The position numbers and the translations under genes are program-made. This document shows, one piece after another, positions 16,044 through 29,120 of a DNA stretch of 64,000 bases. The notes beneath the pieces are model-generated. The model searched no databases and was not told the origin of the DNA. It saw nothing but the letters and a program-made list of their open reading frames with translations. The stretch's first letter is position 1, and each line of letters opens with the position of its first letter. The DNA comes from Chrysomallon squamiferum. Lineage: Eukaryota > Animalia > Mollusca. The stretch is taken from NCBI GenBank assembly GCA_012295275.1, contig CM022676.1:15004001-15068000 (forward strand), read 5' to 3'.

Positions 16044-16263
16044 GAGAACAATTTGATTGTCCTAATTAGAATTTCAGAATTATATAATTATTCATTTCTT
16101 TACCTTCAATCTTAACTCTGTATCATTTTATTATTATTATTATTATTTTATTTTTTTTATTATTTTTATTTCGTAATTTTTATTTCAAAAATTTTAATAT
16201 TTATGTATTTATTTATTTAATAGGTCACTGAGTCTTGTTGTGCTATTTGTAAGTATGATCTGT

Positions 16264-16315
<52 letters not shown>

Positions 16316-17332
16316 GTGTCTCTTTGTAGATGTTAGAAATACAGTATATGTTTAGTTATATGCAGTTTATGACTTTTATAATAAGCATGTATTAACACGT
16401 GTATTGTCATTCCGCTGTAGATGAGGAATATTGTATGTCCAATGGAATCAAACAATCTGGGATATCTATGAAATTACCTTGTTAGCACCCTTAGCAGTCT
16501 GTGTTGTTTTTATGTTAACAACTTCTCTCTGTTTCACTGTAGTTCAAAACGCTCTATCACTGATAGACATTACGAAGGGTATTATACACTCAACACCTAG
16601 CATGTATTGCATGGTTAACAGCGACAATAGGAGTGACGTCATTTCAACACTGTTATACGTAGAGGTACTTCAAGTTTTTGAAGATGATTGGTCTTTAGAA
16701 ATTTTACTCTACGTATAATGTACTGCATTGACATTCATAGTGTATACATTATTGCAAGATTAGTACATACGTGAGTATTATATCTCTGATGACAAAATCT
16801 TCTTCCATCTTTTTTTATTAAAGAGGTCACATTCTTCAGTCATGATTTCACATAGCCGAGCAGTTCAGGTAATGTATTCGTGTGTGTCTCTGTTTATATG
16901 TGTGTTTGTGTGTGTGTTTGTGTTGTGTTCCTGTCTGTTTCTCTTTGCATACATACATAAATACATACATACATACATACACATACACTGCATGACTGGT
17001 TGATTAGAAACATATTAAATAAGTAGACATATTTGATTAAAACATATTAAATAAGTAAATAAAATGATGGACAGACAGACCTGCAGACAGTGAAAAAATA
17101 GAGAGATAAATATACAGAAACAGAAAAACAAACAGACAGACAAAAACAAACAGATAAATAGAAAGACAGAAACTGATTGATAGATAGAAAGATAAAGAGA
17201 TAGATTCGCAAAGTGAACGATGTGTGTTTTAATAGTTTAGCTGCATTTGTCTTCACTACACGATTGAAACGTTCCTGTATTATACTAGTAAGACTTGTAC
17301 TGCTTACCTTTGGGGATGTTACAAATCCTTCC

Positions 17333-17710
17333 CAGTTAGAACAGTGCTTTCTGTAACACACTACAGTTAGAACAGTGCTGTTTGTAACACACTTCAGTTA
17401 GAACAGTGCTGTTTGTAACACACTTCAGATAGAACAGTGCTGTTTGTAACACACTTCAGTTAGAACAGTGCTGTTTGTAACACACTACAGTTAGAACAGT
17501 GCTGTTTGTAACACACTTCAGATAGAACAGTGCTGTTTGTAACACACTTCAGTTAGAACAGTGCTGTTTGTAACACACTACAGTTAGAACAGTGCTGTTT
17601 GTAACACACTTCAGTTAGAACAGTGCTGTTTGTAACACACTTCAGTTAGAACAGTGCTGTTTGTAACACACTTCAGTTAGAAGAGTGCTGTTTGTAACAC
17701 ACTACAGTTA
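17333..17710. repeat. 31-bp minisatellite, ~12 units (CAGTTAGAACAGTGCTGTTTGTAACACACTT)
   Basis: Directly visible. Confidence 0.96.
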
Positions 17711-19872
17711 CAGTACAACGTTTTCCTCGAGGTTGTTAAAACCGCGTCGTGTTGTCAGGTTGACGTGTTCAGCTCGTTCACGTTGTAACAGAATGTCAAA
17801 GTTTTATCTTCTTTCAACACAAACTTACTTTATATACAGGGTTTTATTATATTTTTCTCACTTCTATAATACAGCGATTTTTTCCCTTCAGTTATTATTT
17901 TACACCATTTAAAAAAGTCGTTAGTGTTGACGTACTGTTTTTAATCACCTCAGTATCTTTTCTCGGTAGTCCTAGTTATATAAATTACAAAATTGTTATG
18001 TTAAAAATACTCTACTTTGAAACGTTTGCGCGATTCATTTGCTGTACTAAATATTTCGGTATTCATAAATTACAAACAGCTGCATAAATACTGTGTTTCG
18101 TTTTGTACAGTAATTTACTAACAGTCGAAACCTTCAACATATTTCCAATGTTTCAGCGTAAGACAGAGTTCCTCTTAGAAGTCCGCATCTTACACACTTG
18201 TCTTGACGTATCTACTCAGTGTTCCAGCACCTCAGTTCTTTCTTCATTTATACGCAAAATTAAAACGTTGTAAACATGAACAGTTAACTTGAGGTAAATA
18301 AATTCAGGACATAAAGGTGTTCACCATTGTTCAATACAATCATTTTATCATGTAAAAATAAGTCGTTTAGTGATTTTCGCTGTTTTCATCCAAATGACGT
18401 CAGATATTTATTTATCTGTCTACAGTATACTTCATCTGTTGTCCATAATTTCATTATTTAAACAAAATTTCTTGAGAATTTTAAACCTTCTGCTGATTTT
18501 AAATTTAAATAAATAAAAAATCCAGTCACACTTTTACAGAACTGTCTACCCAAACTAAAATCCTTTGTTCTTTTTCGTTTTCTATTATATTTTTTTTTTT
18601 TTAAAGTCTGAATATATCCAACACATGTAATAAATGATTGCATGCGTTCTTCTTTCACAGATAATTAGTAATGATTATTGAAATGTTCTGAAATTCTCGA
18701 TTTCAAACGGTAGCTGTCCAGAAACAAGCGCTTTGAGGACGTCCTCTGTAAACAAGCGAGTTAATCAAAATGAGAAATCTCAAGTCGGTTGTTTAGATAG
18801 TAGGATCGAAAATCTGCTTCTACTTCCTGTTTTTTCTATTTTATTTTATTTTACTCCACCTTATCGTCTTCTTCTTCTTTTTTTTTTTATTTTGATTGCA
18901 AACAAAACGGACAGAAAAAGGCATTTAAAAAAAAGAGTACCCAAAACAACAAGCAAAAAAAAAAAACGAAACAAATCAAACAAACATTATTGCTAGAATC
19001 CGTAACGACGGACAGAAACAATTTTCATTCACAGTTATCCCCCGTTTACACATTAAAAACGCACACAGAACAAGAGACGAAACATTGATCTCGACGATTC
19101 ACGTCTGACTTGAACACTGTCCAGAAAGTCTGCAGTTTGATTTTACGTTCTTCAAATTTCTTGGCTTCGGCTTCGAGATTTTTCACCTGCTCGCTACAAG
19201 GGAGATAATCCAAAAATCCACAAGCGACAGGTGTCGCTCTACCTCGCCCATATTGGAAAAAACACTGTTGCGATGGACAGGGCGGGATCGAGTTTTAGCT
19301 TCTTGGATTTCTGGTTGGAAGCGAGTCCGGAAACCGCGATTGTTACTACTCATGGCTACGCCTGTTTGTGACAGGTTTATACAGGAAACGAGACAAAGAC
19401 TTAGAAATGTGTGAAGTTGTAAAGATTTATCATTTCCATGAATTACCTAAAGGAAGAGAGTCAACATTTTGGTAAAGTCGTTTGATGACCTGACGATTTA
19501 ATTTATAGTCTGGAACTACAAATAAGTACTGTTAGTGTAGTTTTGTTAAATTATTTTTATATTAAGTTTATCTGTTTTGATTTTTTATCTTTTCTTTATT
19601 CCTTTGTAGTTCATTTCTTTTCTTACTTTCATTTCTTTCCTTCGTTCGTTCATTTTTTCTGTCTTTGTATAGCTCTCATGTTTGACTTATCAGCAAACAA
19701 GATTATAAATATTTGTTTAGATAAGTTATTCATCCGTAGCGAAAGAAGAAGTAGACAGAAATCATATTAATAACTCATTATAGTTGTTATTAATACAGAC
19801 AGAAATAGACAGAGAGAAATGTACACAACATGAAACGACAGAAAAAAAGAGTAACGCAACGAAGAGATACTG

Positions 19873-19987
<115 letters not shown>

Positions 19988-20046
19988 TATATAGAAACAC
20001 AAGCAGATACAGTGTGAGAAAGACAGATACAAAAAGTACAATGTGC

Positions 20047-20208
20047 CAAAACCGAGGCGGGAACCTACAACATGAAGTAAGATTGTTTGACTGGATAACA
20101 TCCAGAAATCAAAATCCTCTTACAAAACCGAGGCGGGAACCAACAACATTAACGTAACCGATTGTTTGACTGGAACAACATCCAGAAATTAAATCCCGCA
20201 TACAAAAC
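20047..20208. repeat. Two-copy ~76-80 bp tandem duplication
   Basis: CAAAACCGAGGCGGGAACC...GATTGTTTGACTGGA...ACATCCAGAAAT at 20047 and 20123. Confidence 0.9.
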
Positions 20209-20607
20209 TTTTATATCTTCACGAGCTTTTCTTTAATCATGACATAACCCCCACTGTCTTCACTGTTAAACAACGTTCCACCGAGCAGCGGTTAGAAAAC
20301 AAAATAGGGTGGTTGGTTTCCAAAGTAAATAATTTTCCTGAAGCATAATTCAATTACTATTATTATTATTATTATTATTGTTTTGGGATTGAATTGTTAT
20401 ATTATTATTATAATACTTATTATTGTTTTATTATTGCTGTTGTTGTTATTTGTTATTGTTGCCGTTGCTGTGGTTGTCTTTGCATTCATCAATATATCTT
20501 TCAAGTCAGGTTATATTTCGATATAAAAAAATACATACATACATACATACATACATATATGTAAATAGAATAATAGTGAAAATGACAATAACAAAAATAG
20601 TTATAAC

Positions 20608-20672
<65 letters not shown>

Positions 20673-21281
20673 TAGTTATCATGTACTATTTCGTGAAATA
20701 AAGCTTCAATGCGGTATCTCCTATTTAAAACGTACATTGTATGTGTGTGTTTATGTGTTTCTGTGTTTATATATATGTGCGTATGTGTGCATATATGCAT
20801 ATGTGTTTGTAATACGTATCTGTCATGTACGTGTATATTATATATGTATGTTACTGTGTTTATGTTTTGTATGCATTTGGATATATTTGTGTGTCTGTGT
20901 GTATTTATGTATATATATAAATGTCTGTGTGTGTGAATGTATGTAATCTGTGCATCTGTAAGTGTGTGTGTGTGTGTGTACATGTGCATGTATTTGTGTA
21001 TTTTTTATCCTTATTGAAAACCTGAGAATTTTAACTGACTGAAAGTTCGATAAACCTCCGATGTTTCAAGTGTTTGCTCAGAATGGCCTTTCAGTCTGGT
21101 AACTGTGGGATGCAAAACTTTCAAACACGTCGTCGATTCGACGTGTCGAGGTGCTGTATTTAAAAGTCAATGTGAAACTCAATGGCAGTGTTTTGTTAAT
21201 GTCGTCCTCTTTCATCAATATTCCTCGCCTTCGCTCATAAATATTTAGGACATTCTCTCTGGATTTTTATGTGCTTGTGCG

Positions 21282-21339
<58 letters not shown>

Positions 21340-23285
21340 TTGTGTGTGTTTAAATATGTATGTAAGTATGTATCTATGTATACATTTATTATATTATATT
21401 ATATTATATTATATTATATTATATTATGTTGTATTCTACTGATTACATTATATTACATTACATTAAATAGTTTTATATTAAATTTCATCATGTTATATTT
21501 ATTATAATATTTTGTGTACGTTTGTGTATACAGATTTAGTTTTAAAAATCATCGAAACCTTTTTTTTATACTCTATTTATAAGTTATATACAGACGTCGA
21601 GAACAACACCAGCAGCAAGAACAACAACAGTAACATTAATAATCATTAGATAAAATAAATATATAAATAAATGAATATATATATATATATATAATATATA
21701 TATATATAAAAACAAGCAAACCAATAGTGTCAATAAACATCAAATGAGTATAGCAAAACACTTACTGAATTTTCTATTTTGTTTGCATCTGACGCTGTCA
21801 CACATTGCACTTATCACTCTTTTTTTTCTTTCTCGTTTTTCTCTGAATGCAGTCTTTTCAGACCATTTGCAGACATTGACTGCTAGTCCCCAGTTCAAGT
21901 AGACCCAGTCTTTCTGGTTTTATTATATCAATATCTAACTTTGAGGTGAAGAAATTCTATTAGAAATACAGATGTGATGTGTACCAGAAAACTGAGAAAT
22001 GGCTAGTATGAAAGATTAAACAAAGAAGATATAAAAATGCATCATAATCTTTGCATTCTGTAAAACAGTTGATTCGTTGAAAAAATGTATAATCTGTGCC
22101 TGATTGTATCTGTATTTGCTTATTATATGTATTACCACCGTGTCTCTGTGTCCCTGTGTTTCTCTGTGTGTAACTTTGTAAATCTCTGTACGTGTTTACG
22201 TTCACTTACATTAATTTAATTTATTATATATATTTATTTATCTATTTACCTATTTGCTATTTATTTATTTATTTGTTTGTTTGTTTGATTTGATAAATCT
22301 GTAAGAGTCTGTGTATATCTGAATATGCCTGTGTTTATATATTTCTGTTTGTCAGTCTATCTGTAAATCTATCTGTCCATCTGTCCTTTTGTTTATTATC
22401 TATGTATGTACATAAACATGTGTCTGTGTGTTTATTTCTATGGTCTTCAACCACTGTGCAATCGTAGCTTTAAAGCAGTTTTGTTTAGAACATTATTAAA
22501 TAAAATAAATCTTCTCTCTTATTTGAATTTACCTGTTAAAAACAGCACCATGTTCAAAGGAATAAACCTTAAGAAGTTTAAAACAATTTCACTTTGGTCT
22601 CACCAAACACATTGATCTGTATTTCAACAAATGGAATTTTCCATTTATTTCTAATAAGTCACATAATTTAAATATTACACTATCATTACAAGACAGACAA
22701 ACAGACAGAGGAGTTGATATTAAATATTTTCAATAATTCCCATCTTCGAAAAGTGATCGCAAAACGCAGCCTTAGATAAACCTTTCCTCAGAAAAACATT
22801 TAAATATAACAAAATTTTAAAAAAATAAAAATAGTAGCATGTCTTTGTTTATGAATGCCTCACAAAATCTCTCTCACACACACACGCAAATACAGACCTC
22901 AACACACACTCGTAATACCTTGTGTATTGTTAAAGTAAATACTAACATAAAAGGAAAATTATTGTTTGAAAAAATAAAACCCTTAATGCTTCAGCTCATA
23001 CTTGTTGGGTCATTAGCTGAGTGTATGTAAACGAGCGTTTCAGATTGAAGACAGAGTTGAGAACAAAGAAACTTACATTCCAGAGAACACAAAACTAAAC
23101 ATCACAACTCTCTGTACTTACAGAAATGTATAAATTTGTGCATAGAATAAGTAGAAACAAAATTAGTTTGTATTCCTCTCTCTCTCTTTCACACATTCTC
23201 TCTCTGTCTATCTCTGTCTCTCTTAATTTCTCTCCATCTCACTTTCTCTTTCTTTCTTTCTGTCATATAAATTTTTCACTCTTAC

Positions 23286-23341
<56 letters not shown>

Positions 23342-24732
23342 TAAAACAAATAAAATATTGATGATAATGATGATAATTATAAAATAAGAATTATTAGCAT
23401 AACTGAACTAATATTAATAGTGTTATTAGAAAAAGAAATGTAGTTCTAATTATAGTAGTAGTAGTAGTAGCAGCAGCAGCAGTAGCAATGGTAGCATGGT
23501 GATGGTGGTGATAGTAGTAGTAGTAGTAGTAGTGGTAGTAGTGGTAGTAGTAGTATTAGCACATGTAGTGGTTACTGAGTGACGGTAAGAGTAACTCTAG
23601 TTGTAATTGTTGTAGTTCCAGAGCTAATAATAATAACAGCAACAACAACAACAACAATAATAATGGTAGCAGCAGTAGTAGTAGTAGTAATAGTAATAGT
23701 AGTAGTAATAGTAGGTGTTGTTATTGTTGCTGTTGTTGTTGCTGCTGAAGTATAAGCAGAATCACAGTAACAGAGTGTATTTGTTTATTTATGTCTGTCA
23801 CAGAAACCTTTCAGAAACGACTGTATGTGTTGGTAGACAAAGAATGTCAGTTCGGTATTTAAGTAATGTGCTGTTCTGATCAATTATTCTTGTCACTCAA
23901 AGCTTGGACACATCTTTTACTCAGTGAACTTTATCTTTTGCACCGTGAAAATAACTCGTAGCGTCGACAAAACAACAAAACAAATCACGAGATTACTTTC
24001 AGCCATTCATAACTGCACAAAATATCTGTAAATAACAAACAAAATAATAGCTCAGAAAGAAATTTAAAAAAAAAAAGAAGAAGTAAAAACAAAAAAATCT
24101 TCCTGCAATAGTTTTTGGTTTATTTCTGTTCTTGATGAACCGCATGGACCAGCATTTGCGGCATTTCAGCTGTTTGGTCAATGCTTGTAAATGACCACAA
24201 GCAAACAAATTACACACGATTTGGTCAATATGCTCAGTGGAAAGCGCGATTCGTCGGGGATTGTTTTTCTCGTCTCTTTATATCCGAAACGAATATTGAC
24301 AAAGAAAACGGATCAGTTTGTTTCTTTGTTAGCACAGAGTCGCGTGACACGTCGCCTGACGCGAGAGTTAACGAAATCTCGCGAGACGTTGATGACTAAG
24401 AGTAATTAGGTTCTAAGGAAACACAACGACGTGACGTTTCTCCCTGTGACAAATCAGCAACGACAAATTAAACACAGAACATCTGATATACTGAAAAAAC
24501 AGTGTACACGTCAACCGCTGTTCAGTGGCATAGCAACATATTACAATAGCGTGACATAATAAAATATAACACACACACACACATACACACACACAAACAC
24601 ACACACATGCACATGTACATCTGTGTATATGTGATAAACGTGTATTTAATTCTATATACAGGAAAACAACTCTACTAACCGTTCAGAGTTAGATTTACAG
24701 AGAGAAACACAGAAATACTGAAAGAGAGAGAC

Positions 24733-24803
<71 letters not shown>

Positions 24804-25176
24804 AAGATAGAGAGAGACAGAGACAGAGAGACAAAGAGAGATAGAGACAGACAGAGAGATAGAGAGAGACAGAGAGACAGAGAGAGATAGAGAGAGACAG
24901 AGAGAGAGATAGAGAGATATATAGAGATACAGAGATAGAGAGAGACAGAGAGAGAGACAGAGAGATAGAGAGAGAGATCCATGTATTTATGTACATATAT
25001 TCTATCTAACTACTTATCTATCTGACTGTCTGTCTGTGTGCTGTCTGTCTGTCTATTTATCGAACTCTCCATCTATCTCTGTGTATCTAGTCTTCTGTCC
25101 GTCTATCTTTCTATCTCTCTGTATCTATCCAGCTACCTATCTATGTTATCTAATTATATATGCTTATTTCTCTCAA

Positions 25177-25241
<65 letters not shown>

Positions 25242-25454
25242 GGTATTTTAAATCTTTCTCATTTGCTTCATTTCTCTTCCTTTTTTTCTTCTTTGTTTCT
25301 CACTTTATTAATTTATTTATTTATTTATCTGTATGAGTTTATTTCTCTCTGTCAGTCTAATCCAGTCTTCCACTCTTTTATTCATCAAATGACAATCTCT
25401 CCCTTATTCCTTTGTCATTATTTCATTCACTCTATCTCTTTGTCTTCTCCTTTC

Positions 25455-25520
<66 letters not shown>

Positions 25521-25816
25521 GTTTTAAGACAAACCTGAACTAAGTAAAGAAAACGTCGTTCACGTTGTCAGCGGCTACTACCACGACGGACAGCACACGA
25601 AGCAGGAGGATGTTAAGCGGTTGCACGACACGCGGTCAGTTTTAGTGTTTGTCACGGACACAATGGCCGCCTTGTGTTCTGTTCTTTCTTCGTGATTCGC
25701 TGATTGGAATTCGTCGCGTTAGTCGCATCTGAGCAAACGTTAATTCGTGTCAGGTTTCAGTTACTCTCCACAAGTTTCCTCATAGTTTTAACTCGTTCTG
25801 ATCACTGTGCTTTCAA

Positions 25817-25896
<80 letters not shown>

Positions 25897-25901
<5 letters not shown>

Positions 25902-26033
25902 CTCTTTATGGACTATGACGGTAATCCGATCCTTCCTGTCATATCCCGATGCCTGTCATTTCCACGCAGATACAAGAGGAATCAGAAATCCTAGAATATC
26001 CGCTTCAATAATGGACAGACAAGAAGTGGAAAC

Positions 26034-26036
<3 letters not shown>
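25897..26036 (+). pseudogene. Orphan, internally deleted fragment of CLCA exon 3 (3' half plus donor)
   Basis: ILFMDYDGNPILP then YPDACHFHADTRGIRNPRISASIMDRQEVET|gtgaga aligns with 35313-35494 and 53168-53348, with ~40 nt missing (frameshifting); flanked on both sides by (GA)n. Confidence 0.85.
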
Positions 26037-26127
<91 letters not shown>

Positions 26128-26427
26128 TTCGTGTTTGAATGAATGGAGAAAAGAGAATTTTCTGTTCATAAATGCAAAATAGTTCTGTCTCTTGTTGTCA
26201 GTTAAGGAACAATGAGACTTGTTTAGCCGTTGTCGCTGAATGTGTTACAGACCAAATTTCCTCACTTTTTTTATTTTTATTAAGAAAACAACAAATAAAA
26301 AATTGAAGAATGAGGAAATGCCATGGAAAGAATAAACTGTCTTTATTTAATAATAGTTCGTTTACTGCCGTTACAACTGCAACAGTTATGTCGACGGCTA
26401 TTTCCAAAAATATTGTATTACAACTAT

Positions 26428-26489
<62 letters not shown>

Positions 26490-27668
26490 TCATTAACTGC
26501 TGCAGCTACAGCTGCTAGTTTTATTTCTAGGACAGTATTTGAGACGGACAGAATCGTGTGAGACGATTCTGCAGCAGACACACCCTGTGTGAGAGAACGT
26601 TAAATCTTTCACTCACTCACCCCCCCAAATATCTATATACAGATAGATAGATAGATAGATATATAGGTATATATATAGATAGATATACAGATAGAGGAAA
26701 TATATAGATGGATGGATAGATATATATCTATATGAATATCTATGAAATGACTTAATATGGATGGATACATCTATATCTATATATATATCTATCTAGGTAG
26801 ATAAATGATAAATGAGAGTGTGTGTGTGTGAAAGATAGATGATGACAGAAACAGAAAGATAGATAGATAAATAGATAGATAGACAGACAGACAGACAGAT
26901 AGATAGATAGACAGACAGACAGATAGATTGATAGATAAACAGACAAACAGCTAAATAGATCGATAGATAGATATATAGATAGACAGATAGATAGATAGAT
27001 AGACAGATAGATAGATAGACAGACAGACAGAGAGATATATAGATAGATAGATAGATAGATAGACAGATATACAGATACATAGAAGACAGACAGACAGATA
27101 GGTAGATAAACAGACAGATAGATAGATAGATAGACAAATAGACAGACAGATAGATAGACAGACAGATATAAATATATATGGATTGATGGACGGATGGATG
27201 GATGGACTACTACTATTACTAGAACTAATGTTTAACTTTCAAATCTACTGCTACATCTGCTACAAACATTATGGCCTCTACTACTACCTTCACTTTTACA
27301 ACTACTACAACAACGACAATCAACATTGCATGTTTTGCTGCTGCAGATACAATGTCTAATACTGCAACGTTTGGGATTAAAAGTGTCACGACTACTACTA
27401 TAACTACTACTATACCTACGACAACTGTAAGATCCACGGTTCATTATATTTCCCACTGTTACTAGTAAAACGTTTCAATTACAATCATTGCCACGGCAAT
27501 TAGAACTGGTACGACTACTATAACTGCTATTCGGATACAGTATTCCTGCTTCCAAAAGCTATGTTTTATTTATTAATATGTATAAGTATGCATGTGAGAT
27601 CACGCGTCTGTGTGTGTGTGTGTGTGTGTGTATTTGTGCGTGTGTGCAGGTATGTGTATATCTATGTT

Positions 27669-27817
<149 letters not shown>

Positions 27818-28564
27818 TGTATACTATTTTAAAATGTCTGCTTTGTCTTGCAAAGTGAGAATTACATCGGATCACTTAACCCGAATAAGTAATTAATGTT
27901 AGTGAACATTGTCCCATATCACAGTGTCCGAAAACATAGAAATATATCTCGTCACCATGTTAAGTGAGTATCTAGGCACACCAACATGCACAGACACACA
28001 TACACACATAAACAAACAACATACACATAAGAACAGATACCCACGAACACTTACAGAAGAACAAACATGCACACCCTCGCACATACGCACACACACATAT
28101 ATATATACACTAACATAGAGACGCATCTAAAGAGATGTATTATCTCTCATATACTTATACACATGAAAAATAAAAAAAAAAAATAAAAAAAAAAACAACC
28201 AAAAAACAATAAAGTAAAATAACACAGAATGGATATAATGATCTCAGAAAAGTCTAACTGTTAGTGTTTTATATCATATTCATATTAATTTATTAACCAA
28301 TTTAAAAACAAATAGTGGCAAGAAAGAAATACAAACGCGTGTCTAATGACCTTAAATTGCTCTAAGTGCTGTTGTTTTACATAAGATACTGATTTTATCA
28401 GAGACAAATACTGGGTTTTGTACGGCGGATTACACGAACATCCAGTTATCTGAGTTGTTTTATCAGCCGAGTGACACTGAGGAGGTGGACTCAGTTGTAA
28501 GAAATTTCTCCACCTTGTAACAGTGACCTGTGTACATCTGTCACTCAGATTTTAATACATGTAA

Positions 28565-28665
<101 letters not shown>

Positions 28666-29082
28666 TCTCTCTCTCTCCCTTGTGATATCGTGTACATTTT
28701 AATGTATGCATTTTTTTATGTGTGTATTTATATGTGTAGATATGTTTATTCGTGTTTATTTATTAATTATGGATCTGTGTCTGTGTGTGTTTGTAGGTGT
28801 GTGCATATGTGCATGTATATGAATGTATATGTGTAGGTATGAATATATATAAGTATTTACTTACATGAGTATGTGTGTAGGTAGCTAGATATTTGTGTGT
28901 GTATTATGTGTGTTTCTATTTGTATTTATGTTTTCGATGTCAATTAGTCAAGTAAAATGTCGTATTTTTATTAATAACTGGCTGGTTTCTAATTTAGAAA
29001 CAGAAAAGTAAAATAAGTTATTAGTAAGTAACTAATGAGCAATAAACAATTTTATATCAAAGCTACATAAAAGAAAATAAAA

Positions 29083-29120
<38 letters not shown>

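Noticed and set aside
16431-16718. 95-aa non-repetitive ORF
   Set aside because: TTG start, no recognisable motif, no convincing splice pair.
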